A stretch of 24,578 nucleotides of DNA from a bacterium. Lineage in GTDB: Bacteria > Fidelibacterota > Marinisomatia > Marinisomatales > UBA1611. Below the pieces are notes generated by a model. It ran no database searches. It was given only the letters and a program-made list of their open reading frames with translations, and had not been told where the DNA came from. Location: the NCBI GenBank assembly GCA_038127595.1, contig JAYPIC010000023.1, positions 1 to 24,578 of the forward strand, given 5' to 3'. Position numbers and translations under genes: made by a program. Positions 1 to 9,588 of this stretch are shown here, one piece after another (position 1 is the first letter of the stretch; every line of letters begins with the position of its first letter).

Positions 1-7
1 TAAAGTG

Positions 8-82
8 TCGGGGTGGAGAGATTCGAACTCCCGACCTCCTGCTCCCAAAGCAGGCGCGCTAACCGGACTACGCTACACCCCG
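8..82 (-). tRNA. tRNA-Pro (anticodon TGG)
   Basis: Reverse complement folds as a cloverleaf: acceptor CGGGGTG/CACCCCG plus discriminator A, anticodon arm CCTGC-TTTGGGA-GCAGG, T-loop TTCGAAT. CCA is not encoded. Confidence 0.97.
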
Positions 83-91
83 AATTTTTTG

Positions 92-166
92 GGTGAGTGA
101 TGGGACTTGAACCCACAGCCTCCTGTGCCACAAACAGGTGCTCTAACCAGTTGAGCTACACCCACC
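92..166 (-). tRNA. tRNA-His (anticodon GTG)
   Basis: Reverse complement: G(-1), acceptor GTGGGTG/CACTCAC, C73 discriminator (the His identity pair G-1:C73), anticodon arm CCTGT-TTGTGGC-ACAGG, T-loop TTCAAGT. 9 bp from tRNA-Pro. Confidence 0.97.
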
Positions 167-276
167 ATACAGCTCAACTTTATTTTCATAAAAAGAGCTT
201 GAGAATTTAAATGAATTAATTGGGCTCTGAAAGGAATTCAATCGATATATTTATATTCACTTTAGTAACTTCTAAT

Positions 277-1647
277 GTGAGACTTTTATATAGATACTTT
301 TTGAAAGAGCTTATTCTACCCTTTATTTTTTCTCTTTTAATGATCACCTTCATTTTGTTTGTAAACTTTTTACTTAGAGCAATTGATAGATTTCTAGGAA
401 AAGGTTTAGATATGCTAACAATTTTAGAATATTTATTTTTAAATCTTGCGTGGATCTTAGCTCTCTCTGTCCCAATGGCAGTCTTACTTGCAACTTTAAT
501 GACTTTTGGAAGACTTTCTGAAGACAATGAAATAAATGCTATGAGAGCATCAGGAATTGGATTCTTAACAATAATGCGTGCTCCTATTTTATTTGGCATG
601 ATTATCACTATAGTTCTTATTTATTTTAATAATTTTATTTTACCTGAAATGAATTTTAAAGCACGGCTGTTATCAGGAGATATTTATAGAAAAAGGCCTG
701 ACATGAGTATCGAGCCGGGCATTTTTTTAGATAACCTCCCAGACTATAGCATGATTGTTGGCGGAAAAACTAAAAATGGGACAATGAAAGATGTTAGAAT
801 CTTCTCTAAGGGAAACAAAAATGCACAAACAAGTATATACGCAAATTCTGGCAATTTAAACACTCTAGAAGATGCTTTTCTATTAACTCTATATGATGGA
901 GAGATACATGAGCTAGGCCAAAAGGATTACACTAATTATAGAAGAATAATTTTTGATAAGCATGTAATTAATATTCCAGCAAAAGACCTACTGCTTAATC
1001 GTAGGGATTCTACAAATAGATCTGATAGGGAAATGACAGTCCCTATGATAAAAAAGAAAATTAAAAACTATGAAAAACGTTTAGATATAGTCTACAAAAG
1101 ATTATCAGGTAACTTTTTCAGAACCATCGGCGATAGTCTATTGCCTACTAGCCTTGAAGGTGGAAAAACCATAATAAATGAAGCTATTGAAAAGGTAAAA
1201 AACCAAGAATCCTTATCTTTAGCGCAAAAAATAAAAAAAGAGAAAAGAATTAAAAATCTAGAACGACAATTGAATAACGAGTTCAACTTGATAAAAAGTT
1301 ATAAAAAAAGCCAAAATAAATACGGTGTTGAAATTCACAAAAAATTTTCCATACCTGTAGCTTGCATCCTGTTTGTGCTTCTTGGCGCTCCTTTAGGAGT
1401 GATGAGCAAAAAGGGTGGCTTTGCAATAAGTACCGGATTAAGCTTTGGGTTCTTCCTAATATATTATGTGCTCCTCATTGGTGGGGAGGAAATGGCTGAT
1501 AGAAGCTTTTTATCGCCTTTGATAGGAATGTGGTCTCCAAATCTTATTATTTTTTGCATTGCAACATACCTACTAGCTAATACCGTAAGGGAGAGTGCAC
1601 CAATTATAATCAAGTTCCCTTCTTTTATTAAAAAAGACAGATCATGA
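277..1647 (+). CDS. lptF: LptF/LptG-family LPS export ABC transporter permease
   Basis: Start moved from TTG 220 to GTG 277 to give the family-typical N-terminus MRLLYRYFLKE. Three N-terminal TMs, LATLMTFGRLSEDNEINAMRASG motif, periplasmic domain, then EIHKKFSIPVAC and three C-terminal TMs (GMWSPN). LptF versus LptG is not fully resolved. Confidence 0.88.
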   Translation: MRLLYRYFLKELILPFIFSLLMITFILFVNFLLRAIDRFLGKGLDMLTILEYLFLNLAWILALSVPMAVLLATLMTFGRLSEDNEINAMRASGIGFLTIMRAPILFGMIITIVLIYFNNFILPEMNFKARLLSGDIYRKRPDMSIEPGIFLDNLPDYSMIVGGKTKNGTMKDVRIFSKGNKNAQTSIYANSGNLNTLEDAFLLTLYDGEIHELGQKDYTNYRRIIFDKHVINIPAKDLLLNRRDSTNRSDREMTVPMIKKKIKNYEKRLDIVYKRLSGNFFRTIGDSLLPTSLEGGKTIINEAIEKVKNQESLSLAQKIKKEKRIKNLERQLNNEFNLIKSYKKSQNKYGVEIHKKFSIPVACILFVLLGAPLGVMSKKGGFAISTGLSFGFFLIYYVLLIGGEEMADRSFLSPLIGMWSPNLIIFCIATYLLANTVRESAPIIIKFPSFIKKDRS

Positions 1648-2933
1648 TTCCAGCTGAGTTAATAGAAAAAAAGCGCGATGGCAATGAACTAACTCCCGGA
1701 GAGATAGATTGGTTCATTCATAATGTTATGAATGAAACCATAGATGACTGCCAATTATCAGCTCTTTTAATGTCAATTTATTTCAATGGAATGACAGATA
1801 ATGAGACTACGTCTTTAGTTGATTCAATGGTAAAGTCTGGAAAAAGGTTTAATTTTAATCATTTAGAAAGATATGTTGCTGACAAGCATAGTACTGGAGG
1901 AATCGGTGATAAAATATCTTTCATTTTAGCTCCTTTATTATCATCATTTGACATCATTGTACCGATGATTGCTGGAAGGGGTCTAGCATACACTGGAGGT
2001 ACAATAGATAAACTAGAATCAATAAATAATTTCCAGACTCAAAAAGATTTTGATTCATTTAATAACCAAATAGATAAAATTGGTTGTGGTATAATCAGTC
2101 AGTCCTCAGAAATTTGCCCAGCTGATAAAAAGCTTTATTCCATTCGAGATTTAACTGGAACCATACCGTCTTTTCCACTGATATGCAGCTCTATTATGAG
2201 CAAAAAAATTGCAGAAGGCTTGGATGGTTTGGCAATGGATATAAAGGTTGGTAATGGTGCCTTCATGAAAACTTTTCAGCAAGCAAAAAACCTAGGCGTT
2301 GAGTTAAAAAAAATAGGAGATTCTTTTGATATTGATATAAGCATAACCTACTCAAATATGTCTCAGCCTTTAGGTGAATATGCTGGATTAAAGTGCGAGA
2401 TAATTGAAGCGGTGGATTGTTTAAAAGGAACTGGACCTGATGATGTAACCCAATTAAGTGTAGATCTTTGCGCAAATATTTTGGTTCAAAGTGGCATGTC
2501 TACAAATAAACCTGAAGCTAAAACTTTATTAATGAAAAACATTGAGAATGGAAGAGCATTAGAAAAATTTGAAGAAATGATCGTTGCTCAAAACGGTGAC
2601 TTAAATGACATTTATTCAAAAAAAAATTTTGCTAAAAATCTCATTAAAATTAAATCAAAAAAAACAGGTTACATTAAATCAATAAATACAGAAAAAATAG
2701 GCTGGGCTCTAGTGGAGATTGGTTGTGGGAAAAAAATAATAAGCGATACCCTTGATCACTCGGCAGGTATAAAGACTAATTACAAAGTTGGTGATAAAAT
2801 ATATAGTGGCGATACTATATATGAATTATTTGGATTTAATGAAACAAAGTTAGAAAACGCAAAAAAAATGCTCACAAAAACTTATATTATATCAGAACAA
2901 AAAATAGAAAAAGAAAATTTAATTATTGGATAA
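1644..2933 (+). CDS. pdp: Pyrimidine-nucleoside / thymidine phosphorylase
   Basis: KKRDG N-terminus, DKHSTGGIGDK, GRGLxxTGGTIDKLESI, PADKKLYSIRD, SIMSKK, DIKVGNGAFMK. ATGA overlap with lptF. Confidence 0.95.
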   Translation: MIPAELIEKKRDGNELTPGEIDWFIHNVMNETIDDCQLSALLMSIYFNGMTDNETTSLVDSMVKSGKRFNFNHLERYVADKHSTGGIGDKISFILAPLLSSFDIIVPMIAGRGLAYTGGTIDKLESINNFQTQKDFDSFNNQIDKIGCGIISQSSEICPADKKLYSIRDLTGTIPSFPLICSSIMSKKIAEGLDGLAMDIKVGNGAFMKTFQQAKNLGVELKKIGDSFDIDISITYSNMSQPLGEYAGLKCEIIEAVDCLKGTGPDDVTQLSVDLCANILVQSGMSTNKPEAKTLLMKNIENGRALEKFEEMIVAQNGDLNDIYSKKNFAKNLIKIKSKKTGYIKSINTEKIGWALVEIGCGKKIISDTLDHSAGIKTNYKVGDKIYSGDTIYELFGFNETKLENAKKMLTKTYIISEQKIEKENLIIG

Positions 2934-2937
2934 AAAT

Positions 2938-5070
2938 TTAGTTTCTATGAATTCTACATTTTTGGGAAGGTTCTGAACCTGCTTTGTAGACTTCCTTTTC
3001 AATAGGACATGCTTTTCTAGAACTCATTTTCGACACAGAACATATCTCAGACACCACGACACCATTCGGTTTTTGAAAATTTACTCTAGGTAACTCTAAT
3101 ATTTTATGACTATCTCGCATAAACTTAGCCCATGAGGGCAGTGCTGCTTTTGAACCATCTTGTCCAGGACCTAAGCTTACTTGATAATCATCAACTCCAA
3201 ACCATACCCCTGCAGCTAACTGCGGCGTAAATCCTACAAACCACGCGTCACTCCAACCTTGAGTGGTACCAGTTTTACCTGCGGCAGGCCTTGTAAAATT
3301 ATATTTCCACCTCGAACTTCCACCTGTACCTCTATCCATAACAGTCTGCATTAAATTGGTCATTAAAAATGCAATCTCTTCACTAAGAACCTCATACTGA
3401 GCAGGTGCATATTCTCTTATTGTATTACCATAACGGTCCTCAATTTTTGTAATTGCAAAAGGCTTTGAATAAACACCTTTGTTAGCGTATGCTGCGTATG
3501 CTGAAACCATCTCTAAAGGTATAACTTCACTTGTCCCTAATGCTATAGCATCTACAGCTCGTATATCTGTTGAAATTCCCATTCTCTGAGCAGTACGTTT
3601 AACTTGCTCAGCAGGAGCATAATCTTGCTGAACAATTCTTACTGAAATCAAATTTAATGATTTTCTTAGACCCTCGCGCAGAGTAGTAAGTCCTCCTGTA
3701 CTTCCTCCATAGTTCTGGGGTTTCCACTTAACCCATGACCCATCAGTATTTTGAACGTTCAGCACAACAGGTTGATTAAGAAGTTGTTGAGAAACTGTAT
3801 AACCATTTTCAAGAGCTGTTGTATACACAAAAGGTTTAAATACGGAGCCAGGTTGCCGCTTAGCTTGCACAGATCTATTGTATTGATCATGATAATCAGG
3901 ACGACCACCAATCATTGCCATTATACCCCCAGTTTTTGGATTGATAGCGACAAATGCTGTTTGAACAAGTAACTTTGCTCTAAGATCTTTATATAGCTGC
4001 GCTTCTCCATGCATCATCATTTTAACAGAATCTTCATCATAAATTGTAAGATGCCCCAATAGTTCAAATTCTTCCTGATTATTAATTATCCTATTATTCA
4101 ATTTTGATTGAGATTTTTTAATAGCATCTAATACGACCTCTTCAGCTAAAGCCTGCAATCTTGAATCAAGCGTAGTATATATTTTTAAACCATCACGGTA
4201 AATGTTAATATCAAGCGCCTCATCTTCTTTCTCTAAAAGTCTTCTTACATATTCCGTAAAATAAGGTGCCTTACCTCTCATCGGAAGCTCATTAACAGCC
4301 TCTAAGGTCATCGCCCTATATTGCGCATGTTCATTGTAACTTATGTAACCTTGGTCTCTCATTAATCTCAAAACAGTGTTTCGTCTTTTTCTTGCTCTAT
4401 CAGGATGTCTAATTGGCGAGTAGCTTGCTGGAGATGGTAGTAATCCAACTAATAAAGCAGATTCATCAACGCTTAGCTCTTTAGATTCTTTACCATAAAA
4501 CCTTTTTGTGGCTGCCTCAACACCGTATGTGCCATGCCCAAAGTGTACTGTATTTAAATACATCTCTAGTATTTCATCTTTTGTATAGGTGCGTTCTATT
4601 TGAACTGCTGTTATAACCTCTTTTATTTTTCTGAGGATACTATCTTCAAAGCCGATTGTCTTGTATAAATTTCTTGCAAGCTGTTGGGTTAACGTACTGA
4701 ATCCTTGCCTGTAACTCAATGAAAGGATATTAATACCAATTGCTCTTGCAACACTTCGGAGAGAGAGACCCCAGTGATCATAAAACCTTCTATCCTCAGA
4801 CGCAATAACAGCATCTTGCATATGTTTAGGTATATTGTTTAACTCAACAAATACTCTTTTCTGAACGAATAATTCACTTAAGACAACACCATCAGCTGAA
4901 TAAATTCTTGTAACTAGATCTGGATCATAATTTTCTAACTGCTCTAACGATGGTAAATCGCGAGAAAGCAAAATAATGAAAATCAAAATAAAAACTGCAC
5001 CTGAGAAAATAATTCCAAGAGATACCCAGAAAATTTTAAATAACTCATTTTGAGGCTTTTTATTTGGCAT
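2938..5070 (-). CDS. mrcA: Class A penicillin-binding protein (PBP1A family; transglycosylase/transpeptidase)
   Basis: N-terminal TM; GT51 motifs EDRRFYDHWG, STLTQQL, RKIKE, KDEILEMYLN; transpeptidase motifs SVFK, SLN, KTGT. Confidence 0.93.
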   Translation of the reverse strand: MPNKKPQNELFKIFWVSLGIIFSGAVFILIFIILLSRDLPSLEQLENYDPDLVTRIYSADGVVLSELFVQKRVFVELNNIPKHMQDAVIASEDRRFYDHWGLSLRSVARAIGINILSLSYRQGFSTLTQQLARNLYKTIGFEDSILRKIKEVITAVQIERTYTKDEILEMYLNTVHFGHGTYGVEAATKRFYGKESKELSVDESALLVGLLPSPASYSPIRHPDRARKRRNTVLRLMRDQGYISYNEHAQYRAMTLEAVNELPMRGKAPYFTEYVRRLLEKEDEALDINIYRDGLKIYTTLDSRLQALAEEVVLDAIKKSQSKLNNRIINNQEEFELLGHLTIYDEDSVKMMMHGEAQLYKDLRAKLLVQTAFVAINPKTGGIMAMIGGRPDYHDQYNRSVQAKRQPGSVFKPFVYTTALENGYTVSQQLLNQPVVLNVQNTDGSWVKWKPQNYGGSTGGLTTLREGLRKSLNLISVRIVQQDYAPAEQVKRTAQRMGISTDIRAVDAIALGTSEVIPLEMVSAYAAYANKGVYSKPFAITKIEDRYGNTIREYAPAQYEVLSEEIAFLMTNLMQTVMDRGTGGSSRWKYNFTRPAAGKTGTTQGWSDAWFVGFTPQLAAGVWFGVDDYQVSLGPGQDGSKAALPSWAKFMRDSHKILELPRVNFQKPNGVVVSEICSVSKMSSRKACPIEKEVYKAGSEPSQKCRIHRN

Positions 5071-5142
5071 AAATAAATTTACAAATTTGGTATGATTTTA
5101 ACTCAAATTCAGAAACACTAGTTGTAAAATGAATAGTATAAA

Positions 5143-6537
5143 CTATTTTTTTGAAGGCCCTATCATTTTGCTTGGGTCAACCAGATTATCAAATTCATTT
5201 GACTCTAGATATCCCAATTGCTCAGCAGATTCTTTTAAAGAAATATTCTTCTTGTATGAATTTTTTGCAACTTCAGCTGCTTTGTCATAACCTATATGCG
5301 GATTTAATGCAGTAACTAACATTAAAGAATTATAAAGATTCTTATTAATCTTTTCAATATTTGGAATTATCCCATCAACAGTTTTTACAGCAAATGAATT
5401 TGAGGAATCAGATAGTAGTTTAATTGACTCTAAAATATTATGAGCAATTACCGGTCTGTAGACATTAAGCTCAAAATTACCGCTAGCTCCAGCCATAGTA
5501 ATTGTGACATCATTGCCTATTACCTGTGTACATACCATTGTTAATGCCTCGCATTGTGTAGGATTTACTTTTCCTGGCATAATGGATGACCCTGGTTCAT
5601 TTGCAGGTAGTATAATTTCACCAATCCCTGATCTTGGACCAGAGCCTAGCCAACGAATATCATTCGCAATTTTAAATAAAGAACTGGCAATAACCTTTAG
5701 TGCGCCCGATAATTCGATCATACTATCTTGTCCCCCGAGAGCTTCGAATTTATTATCCGCAGTCCGGAAATTTAAATTAGTCAATCTCTTAATTTCTTTT
5801 GCCATTTCGATATCATAGCCTTGAATAGTGTTTATTCCTGTACCAACCGCAGTACCTCCCACTGCCAATTCAAAACAGTTATCAATTGCTTTATCTAATC
5901 TGTCAATACCATGCTCTAATGCTGAAACGTAGCCAGAAAACTCTTGCCCCAAGCTTAAAGGAGTAGCATCTTGCAAATGAGTTCTACCCACTTTAATGAT
6001 ATCTTTAAATTCTAGTGATTTTTTTTCTAGAGAATCTTTCAATTTTACAATTGCTGGCCTAAGATTATGAAGAACACTCTCAACTGCTGCTATATTAATA
6101 GCTGTAGGAAATGTGTCGTTTGTGGATTGACTCATATTAACATGATCATTCGGGTGAACTGGTACTTTGCTTCCTAGCTCCCCTCCGACCATTTCAATTG
6201 CCCTATTAGATATAACCTCATTAAAGTTCATATTTGTTTGAGTTCCACTACCTGTTTGCCAAACTACTAGAGGGAAATGATCATCCAACTTGCCTTCAAT
6301 TACTTCATCGGCAGCTTTATGAATGGCTACTTGAATATCTTTATCTAATTTACCATTTGCATTATTTACAGTAGCTGCTGCTTTTTTAATTATGCCATAG
6401 GCTCTGATGAATTCTCTGGGAAACTGATGACCTCCAATTTTAAAATTTTCAAGAGATCTTTGTGTCTGAGCTCCATAATACTTATCTGATGGAACATCTA
6501 TTGGGCCAATGCTATCGCTCTCAGTTCGAAAGCCCAT
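5143..6537 (-). CDS. fumC: Class II fumarate hydratase
   Basis: [53 protein letters not shown] and the signature [11 protein letters not shown]. Confidence 0.97.
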   Translation of the reverse strand: MGFRTESDSIGPIDVPSDKYYGAQTQRSLENFKIGGHQFPREFIRAYGIIKKAAATVNNANGKLDKDIQVAIHKAADEVIEGKLDDHFPLVVWQTGSGTQTNMNFNEVISNRAIEMVGGELGSKVPVHPNDHVNMSQSTNDTFPTAINIAAVESVLHNLRPAIVKLKDSLEKKSLEFKDIIKVGRTHLQDATPLSLGQEFSGYVSALEHGIDRLDKAIDNCFELAVGGTAVGTGINTIQGYDIEMAKEIKRLTNLNFRTADNKFEALGGQDSMIELSGALKVIASSLFKIANDIRWLGSGPRSGIGEIILPANEPGSSIMPGKVNPTQCEALTMVCTQVIGNDVTITMAGASGNFELNVYRPVIAHNILESIKLLSDSSNSFAVKTVDGIIPNIEKINKNLYNSLMLVTALNPHIGYDKAAEVAKNSYKKNISLKESAEQLGYLESNEFDNLVDPSKMIGPSKK

Positions 6538-6541
6538 TAAC

Positions 6542-7549
6542 CTATTTTACCATCCAAGTATCACCAGCATTAAGTAAGTCTTGCACTTTACCTGCACCTT
6601 TAGCTTTAACAGCAGATTCAACTTGAGATACCATCTCAGAATTATAAGTGGGTTTATCTACTGAGTAAATAACTCCAATTGGTTCAGGCAATGTAGGATG
6701 AGTTGTCCAATTTGCTATAATGTGTGCTAAGTCAAGATTTGTTTCGTCATGAACAAGGAGATCATCCGTGCTATGGTTTTCCATATCAACAACAACAGCT
6801 TTAAATCCATCGAGTTTAATGCCCTTCTTGCCTTTAGCAAATACCATAGGCTCCCCATGTTTGACTTCGATTACATTATCAAACTTATCTGCAGATGTGT
6901 ATTCTTCAAATGCACCATCATTAAAAATATTACAATTCTGATATATTTCAATTAAAGATCCACCATCATGGTGATATGACCTTTCAAGCATTTGTGATAG
7001 GTGAGCTTGCCAACGATCAATAGTTCTTGCAACAAATGTTGCTTGCGCACCAAGCGCAAGGGATGGTGGGTTTAATGGAATATCGAGAGAACCAAACGGA
7101 GTAGCTTTTGTTACTTTACCAACTTCGGATGTAGGAGAATACTGACCTTTGGTGAGACCATATATCCTATTGTTAAATAACAAAATATTTAGATCCATGT
7201 TTCTCCTCAATGCATGCATGAAATGATTACCTCCAATTGAAAGGCCATCCCCATCTCCAGTTATTACCCAAACAGATAAATCAGGGTTTGCAATCTTCAC
7301 GCCAGAGGCTACGGCTGGAGCTCTTCCATGAATCGTATGAAAACCATATGCATTCATATAATATGGAAATCTGCTAGAGCACCCAATACCCGAAACAAAA
7401 ACAAAATCCTCTTTTTTTCTACCAAAAGTCGGCATTGTTTTCTGAGTTTGAGCTAAAATAGCATAATCACCACAACCAGGGCACCACCTTACGGCTTGAT
7501 CTGATTCAAAATCTTTTTTCGTGTATGTTGGAGTTTTCACATCTGACAT
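6542..7549 (-). CDS. korB: 2-oxoacid (probably 2-oxoglutarate):ferredoxin oxidoreductase beta subunit
   Basis: [22 protein letters not shown]-binding GDGD...[13 protein letters not shown]. Substrate is inferred. Confidence 0.92.
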   Translation of the reverse strand: MSDVKTPTYTKKDFESDQAVRWCPGCGDYAILAQTQKTMPTFGRKKEDFVFVSGIGCSSRFPYYMNAYGFHTIHGRAPAVASGVKIANPDLSVWVITGDGDGLSIGGNHFMHALRRNMDLNILLFNNRIYGLTKGQYSPTSEVGKVTKATPFGSLDIPLNPPSLALGAQATFVARTIDRWQAHLSQMLERSYHHDGGSLIEIYQNCNIFNDGAFEEYTSADKFDNVIEVKHGEPMVFAKGKKGIKLDGFKAVVVDMENHSTDDLLVHDETNLDLAHIIANWTTHPTLPEPIGVIYSVDKPTYNSEMVSQVESAVKAKGAGKVQDLLNAGDTWMVK

Positions 7550-7553
7550 AAAA

Positions 7554-9395
7554 TTAACCTACCATTTCATTTACTTTTTCAGCAATCTTAGACGCGCTAA
7601 TTGGTCGTCCTGTCACTTGATTAAGACCCTTAGCATCAACCAAATACTCAGATCTAATAATTTTAATTAATTGCCCCATATTGATTTCGGGTACAAGAAC
7701 ATTTTTGAATTTAATTATGATCTCTCCTAGATCCTTTGGCAAAGGACTTATCCATCTCAAATGAACATGAGATACACTCTTTCCCTGATCTCGCAAAGAT
7801 TCTACAGCAGACCTACAAGATCCAAAAGTACCACCCCAACTTAAAATCAAAACATCACCTTTTTCATCACCATAGACTTCAGTTTGAGCAATATCATTCT
7901 GAATTCTGTTAACTTTTTCTTGCCTTAACTCAACCATCCGGTGATGATTGTCTGGATCATAGCTTACATGCCCTGTATTTTCCGCCTTCTCTAATCCGCC
8001 AACTCTGTGCTCTAAACCTGGAACACCAGGAATAGCCCAAGGTCTAGACAACGTTTCCTCATCCCTTTTATAAGGAAAAAATTCTTCTCCGTCTTCCACA
8101 CCCTCAGCAAATTCGATATCTATTGAATCTAACGATTCAACGTCAGGTATTTTCCAAGGCTCAGAACCATTTGCTAAATAGCCATCTGTTAGCAAAACAA
8201 CTGGTGTCATATATTTTAAAGCTATTCTTGACGCTTCATATGCCGCATAAAAACAATCACCAGGCGTAGCAGCAGCGATAAGTGGTATAGGAGCTTCACC
8301 ATTTCTGCCGTATAGAGCTTGTACAAGATCAGACTGCTCAGTTTTAGTTGGCAAACCTGTGCTGGGACCGCCCCTTTGCACATTAATTATTACCATTGGA
8401 AGTTCGGTCATAACCGCTAGACCCATGGCCTCCCCTTTCAGGGCAATACCTGGACCTGATGTAGCAGTAACAGCTAAATTACCCGTGAATGAAGCTCCAA
8501 GAACCGATGCTATGCCAGCAATCTCATCCTCTGCTTGAAATGTTTGAACACCAAAATGCTTCCATGCAGCTAAGGTGTGCAAAATGTCACTAGCCGGCGT
8601 AATAGGATATCCACCAAAAAATAATTTTAACCCTGACTTTTCAGAAGCGGCCAAGAGGCCTAGAGAAGTTGCATGGTTTCCATTTATATTTCGGTATGTA
8701 CCGCTAGGTAAAACTGCTTTTTCTACTTTAAATCTAGTTGTAAACAGCTCAGTTGTATCAGCATAGTTGTATCCAGCATGCATAGCTCTTTTATTTGCTT
8801 CAATGATAACATTTTTACCAGCGAATTTTTTTTCAAGCCACTTCTCAGTTGCCTCAAGCGGTCTATCATACATGTAGTATAGTACCCCCAAAGCAAAAAA
8901 GTTTTTTGTCCTAGCAACAAATTTCGGAGACATCTCAAGTCCTTCGCAAGCGGCTGTCACCATTTTATTCATTTCAATTGGTATTACAGTAAAATAGTCA
9001 TCTAACGTTCCGTCTTCAACGGGACTACTCTCATAACCAGCAAAATTAAGATTCTTTTTTGTAAATGAATCTGTGTTTATGATTATAGTACCGCCAGGAG
9101 TTAACTCATTCTGATGAACTTTCAGAGCCGCTGGGTTCATTGCAACTAGAACATCAGGTTGATCACCTGGTGTATGAATGTCTTTTGAACTAAAATGAAT
9201 TTGGAACGCACTTACTCCTGCTAATGAGCCTGCTGGAGCTCTGATTTCAGCCGGGAAATCTGGTAGAGTACTTAGGTCGTTCCCAACAGCTGCAGTTGTC
9301 TCTGTAAACCTGCCTCCTGTTAATTGCATACCGTCTCCAGAGTCACCTGCAAAACGTATAACTGCATCATCAATCGTTTTAAATGTTTTTCCCAT
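7554..9395 (-). CDS. korA: 2-oxoacid:ferredoxin oxidoreductase alpha subunit (fused gamma-alpha)
   Basis: FAGDSGDGMQLTG gamma-like N-domain, YPITP, QAEDEIA, ATSGPG, QRGGPSTGLPTKTEQSD, PEINMGQL. AGGA SD-like sequence upstream on the minus strand. Confidence 0.92.
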   Translation of the reverse strand: MGKTFKTIDDAVIRFAGDSGDGMQLTGGRFTETTAAVGNDLSTLPDFPAEIRAPAGSLAGVSAFQIHFSSKDIHTPGDQPDVLVAMNPAALKVHQNELTPGGTIIINTDSFTKKNLNFAGYESSPVEDGTLDDYFTVIPIEMNKMVTAACEGLEMSPKFVARTKNFFALGVLYYMYDRPLEATEKWLEKKFAGKNVIIEANKRAMHAGYNYADTTELFTTRFKVEKAVLPSGTYRNINGNHATSLGLLAASEKSGLKLFFGGYPITPASDILHTLAAWKHFGVQTFQAEDEIAGIASVLGASFTGNLAVTATSGPGIALKGEAMGLAVMTELPMVIINVQRGGPSTGLPTKTEQSDLVQALYGRNGEAPIPLIAAATPGDCFYAAYEASRIALKYMTPVVLLTDGYLANGSEPWKIPDVESLDSIDIEFAEGVEDGEEFFPYKRDEETLSRPWAIPGVPGLEHRVGGLEKAENTGHVSYDPDNHHRMVELRQEKVNRIQNDIAQTEVYGDEKGDVLILSWGGTFGSCRSAVESLRDQGKSVSHVHLRWISPLPKDLGEIIIKFKNVLVPEINMGQLIKIIRSEYLVDAKGLNQVTGRPISASKIAEKVNEMVG

Positions 9396-9588
9396 TTTTC
9401 CTATCTTGTATATTGAATTATAAAAATATTTTACTAATCGGTTGTATAATTTCTATCAAGAATTACTAAGAATCCAAAATATAAACATTGCAAATTTACC
9501 ATCTGTTAACATATCTCAAAAGAGATTCTAAAAAATTAAAATATTTGAATTAATGCTTTGTAAAAGTTTTAATAGTTAATTTTAATTT

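Noticed and set aside
8..166. tRNAs as an integration site or island boundary
   Set aside because: No integrase, no duplicated tRNA 3' end and no obvious compositional shift in the window. Sequence beyond the tRNA-Pro 3' end is not visible.
220..276. ORF-track N-terminal extensions of lptF (220), rrf2 (10682), sufA/iscA (11423) and sufT (15743)
   Set aside because: Family-typical N-termini and gene spacing favour starts at 277, 10724, 11483 and 15752.
216..608. 130-aa minus-strand ORF and the other short antisense or alternate-frame ORFs (e.g. 5504-5818, 9831-10220, 13633-13950, 19909-20361)
   Set aside because: They overlap well-supported genes almost entirely, have no recognisable motifs, and look like antisense shadows.
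1971..2000. Pdp motif variant AGRGLAYTGGT versus the common SGRGLGHTGGT
   Set aside because: The catalytic DKHSTGG, RD and SKK residues are intact and this loop varies among homologues, so there is no basis to claim altered function.
9396..9588. Specific promoter calls in the korA/selD divergent region (TATAAT 9445-9450; TTGAAT-17-TTTAAT 9545-9573; minus-strand TAAATTTG 9491-9498)
   Set aside because: The region is so AT-rich that several near-consensus boxes are expected by chance, and none can be singled out without TSS data.
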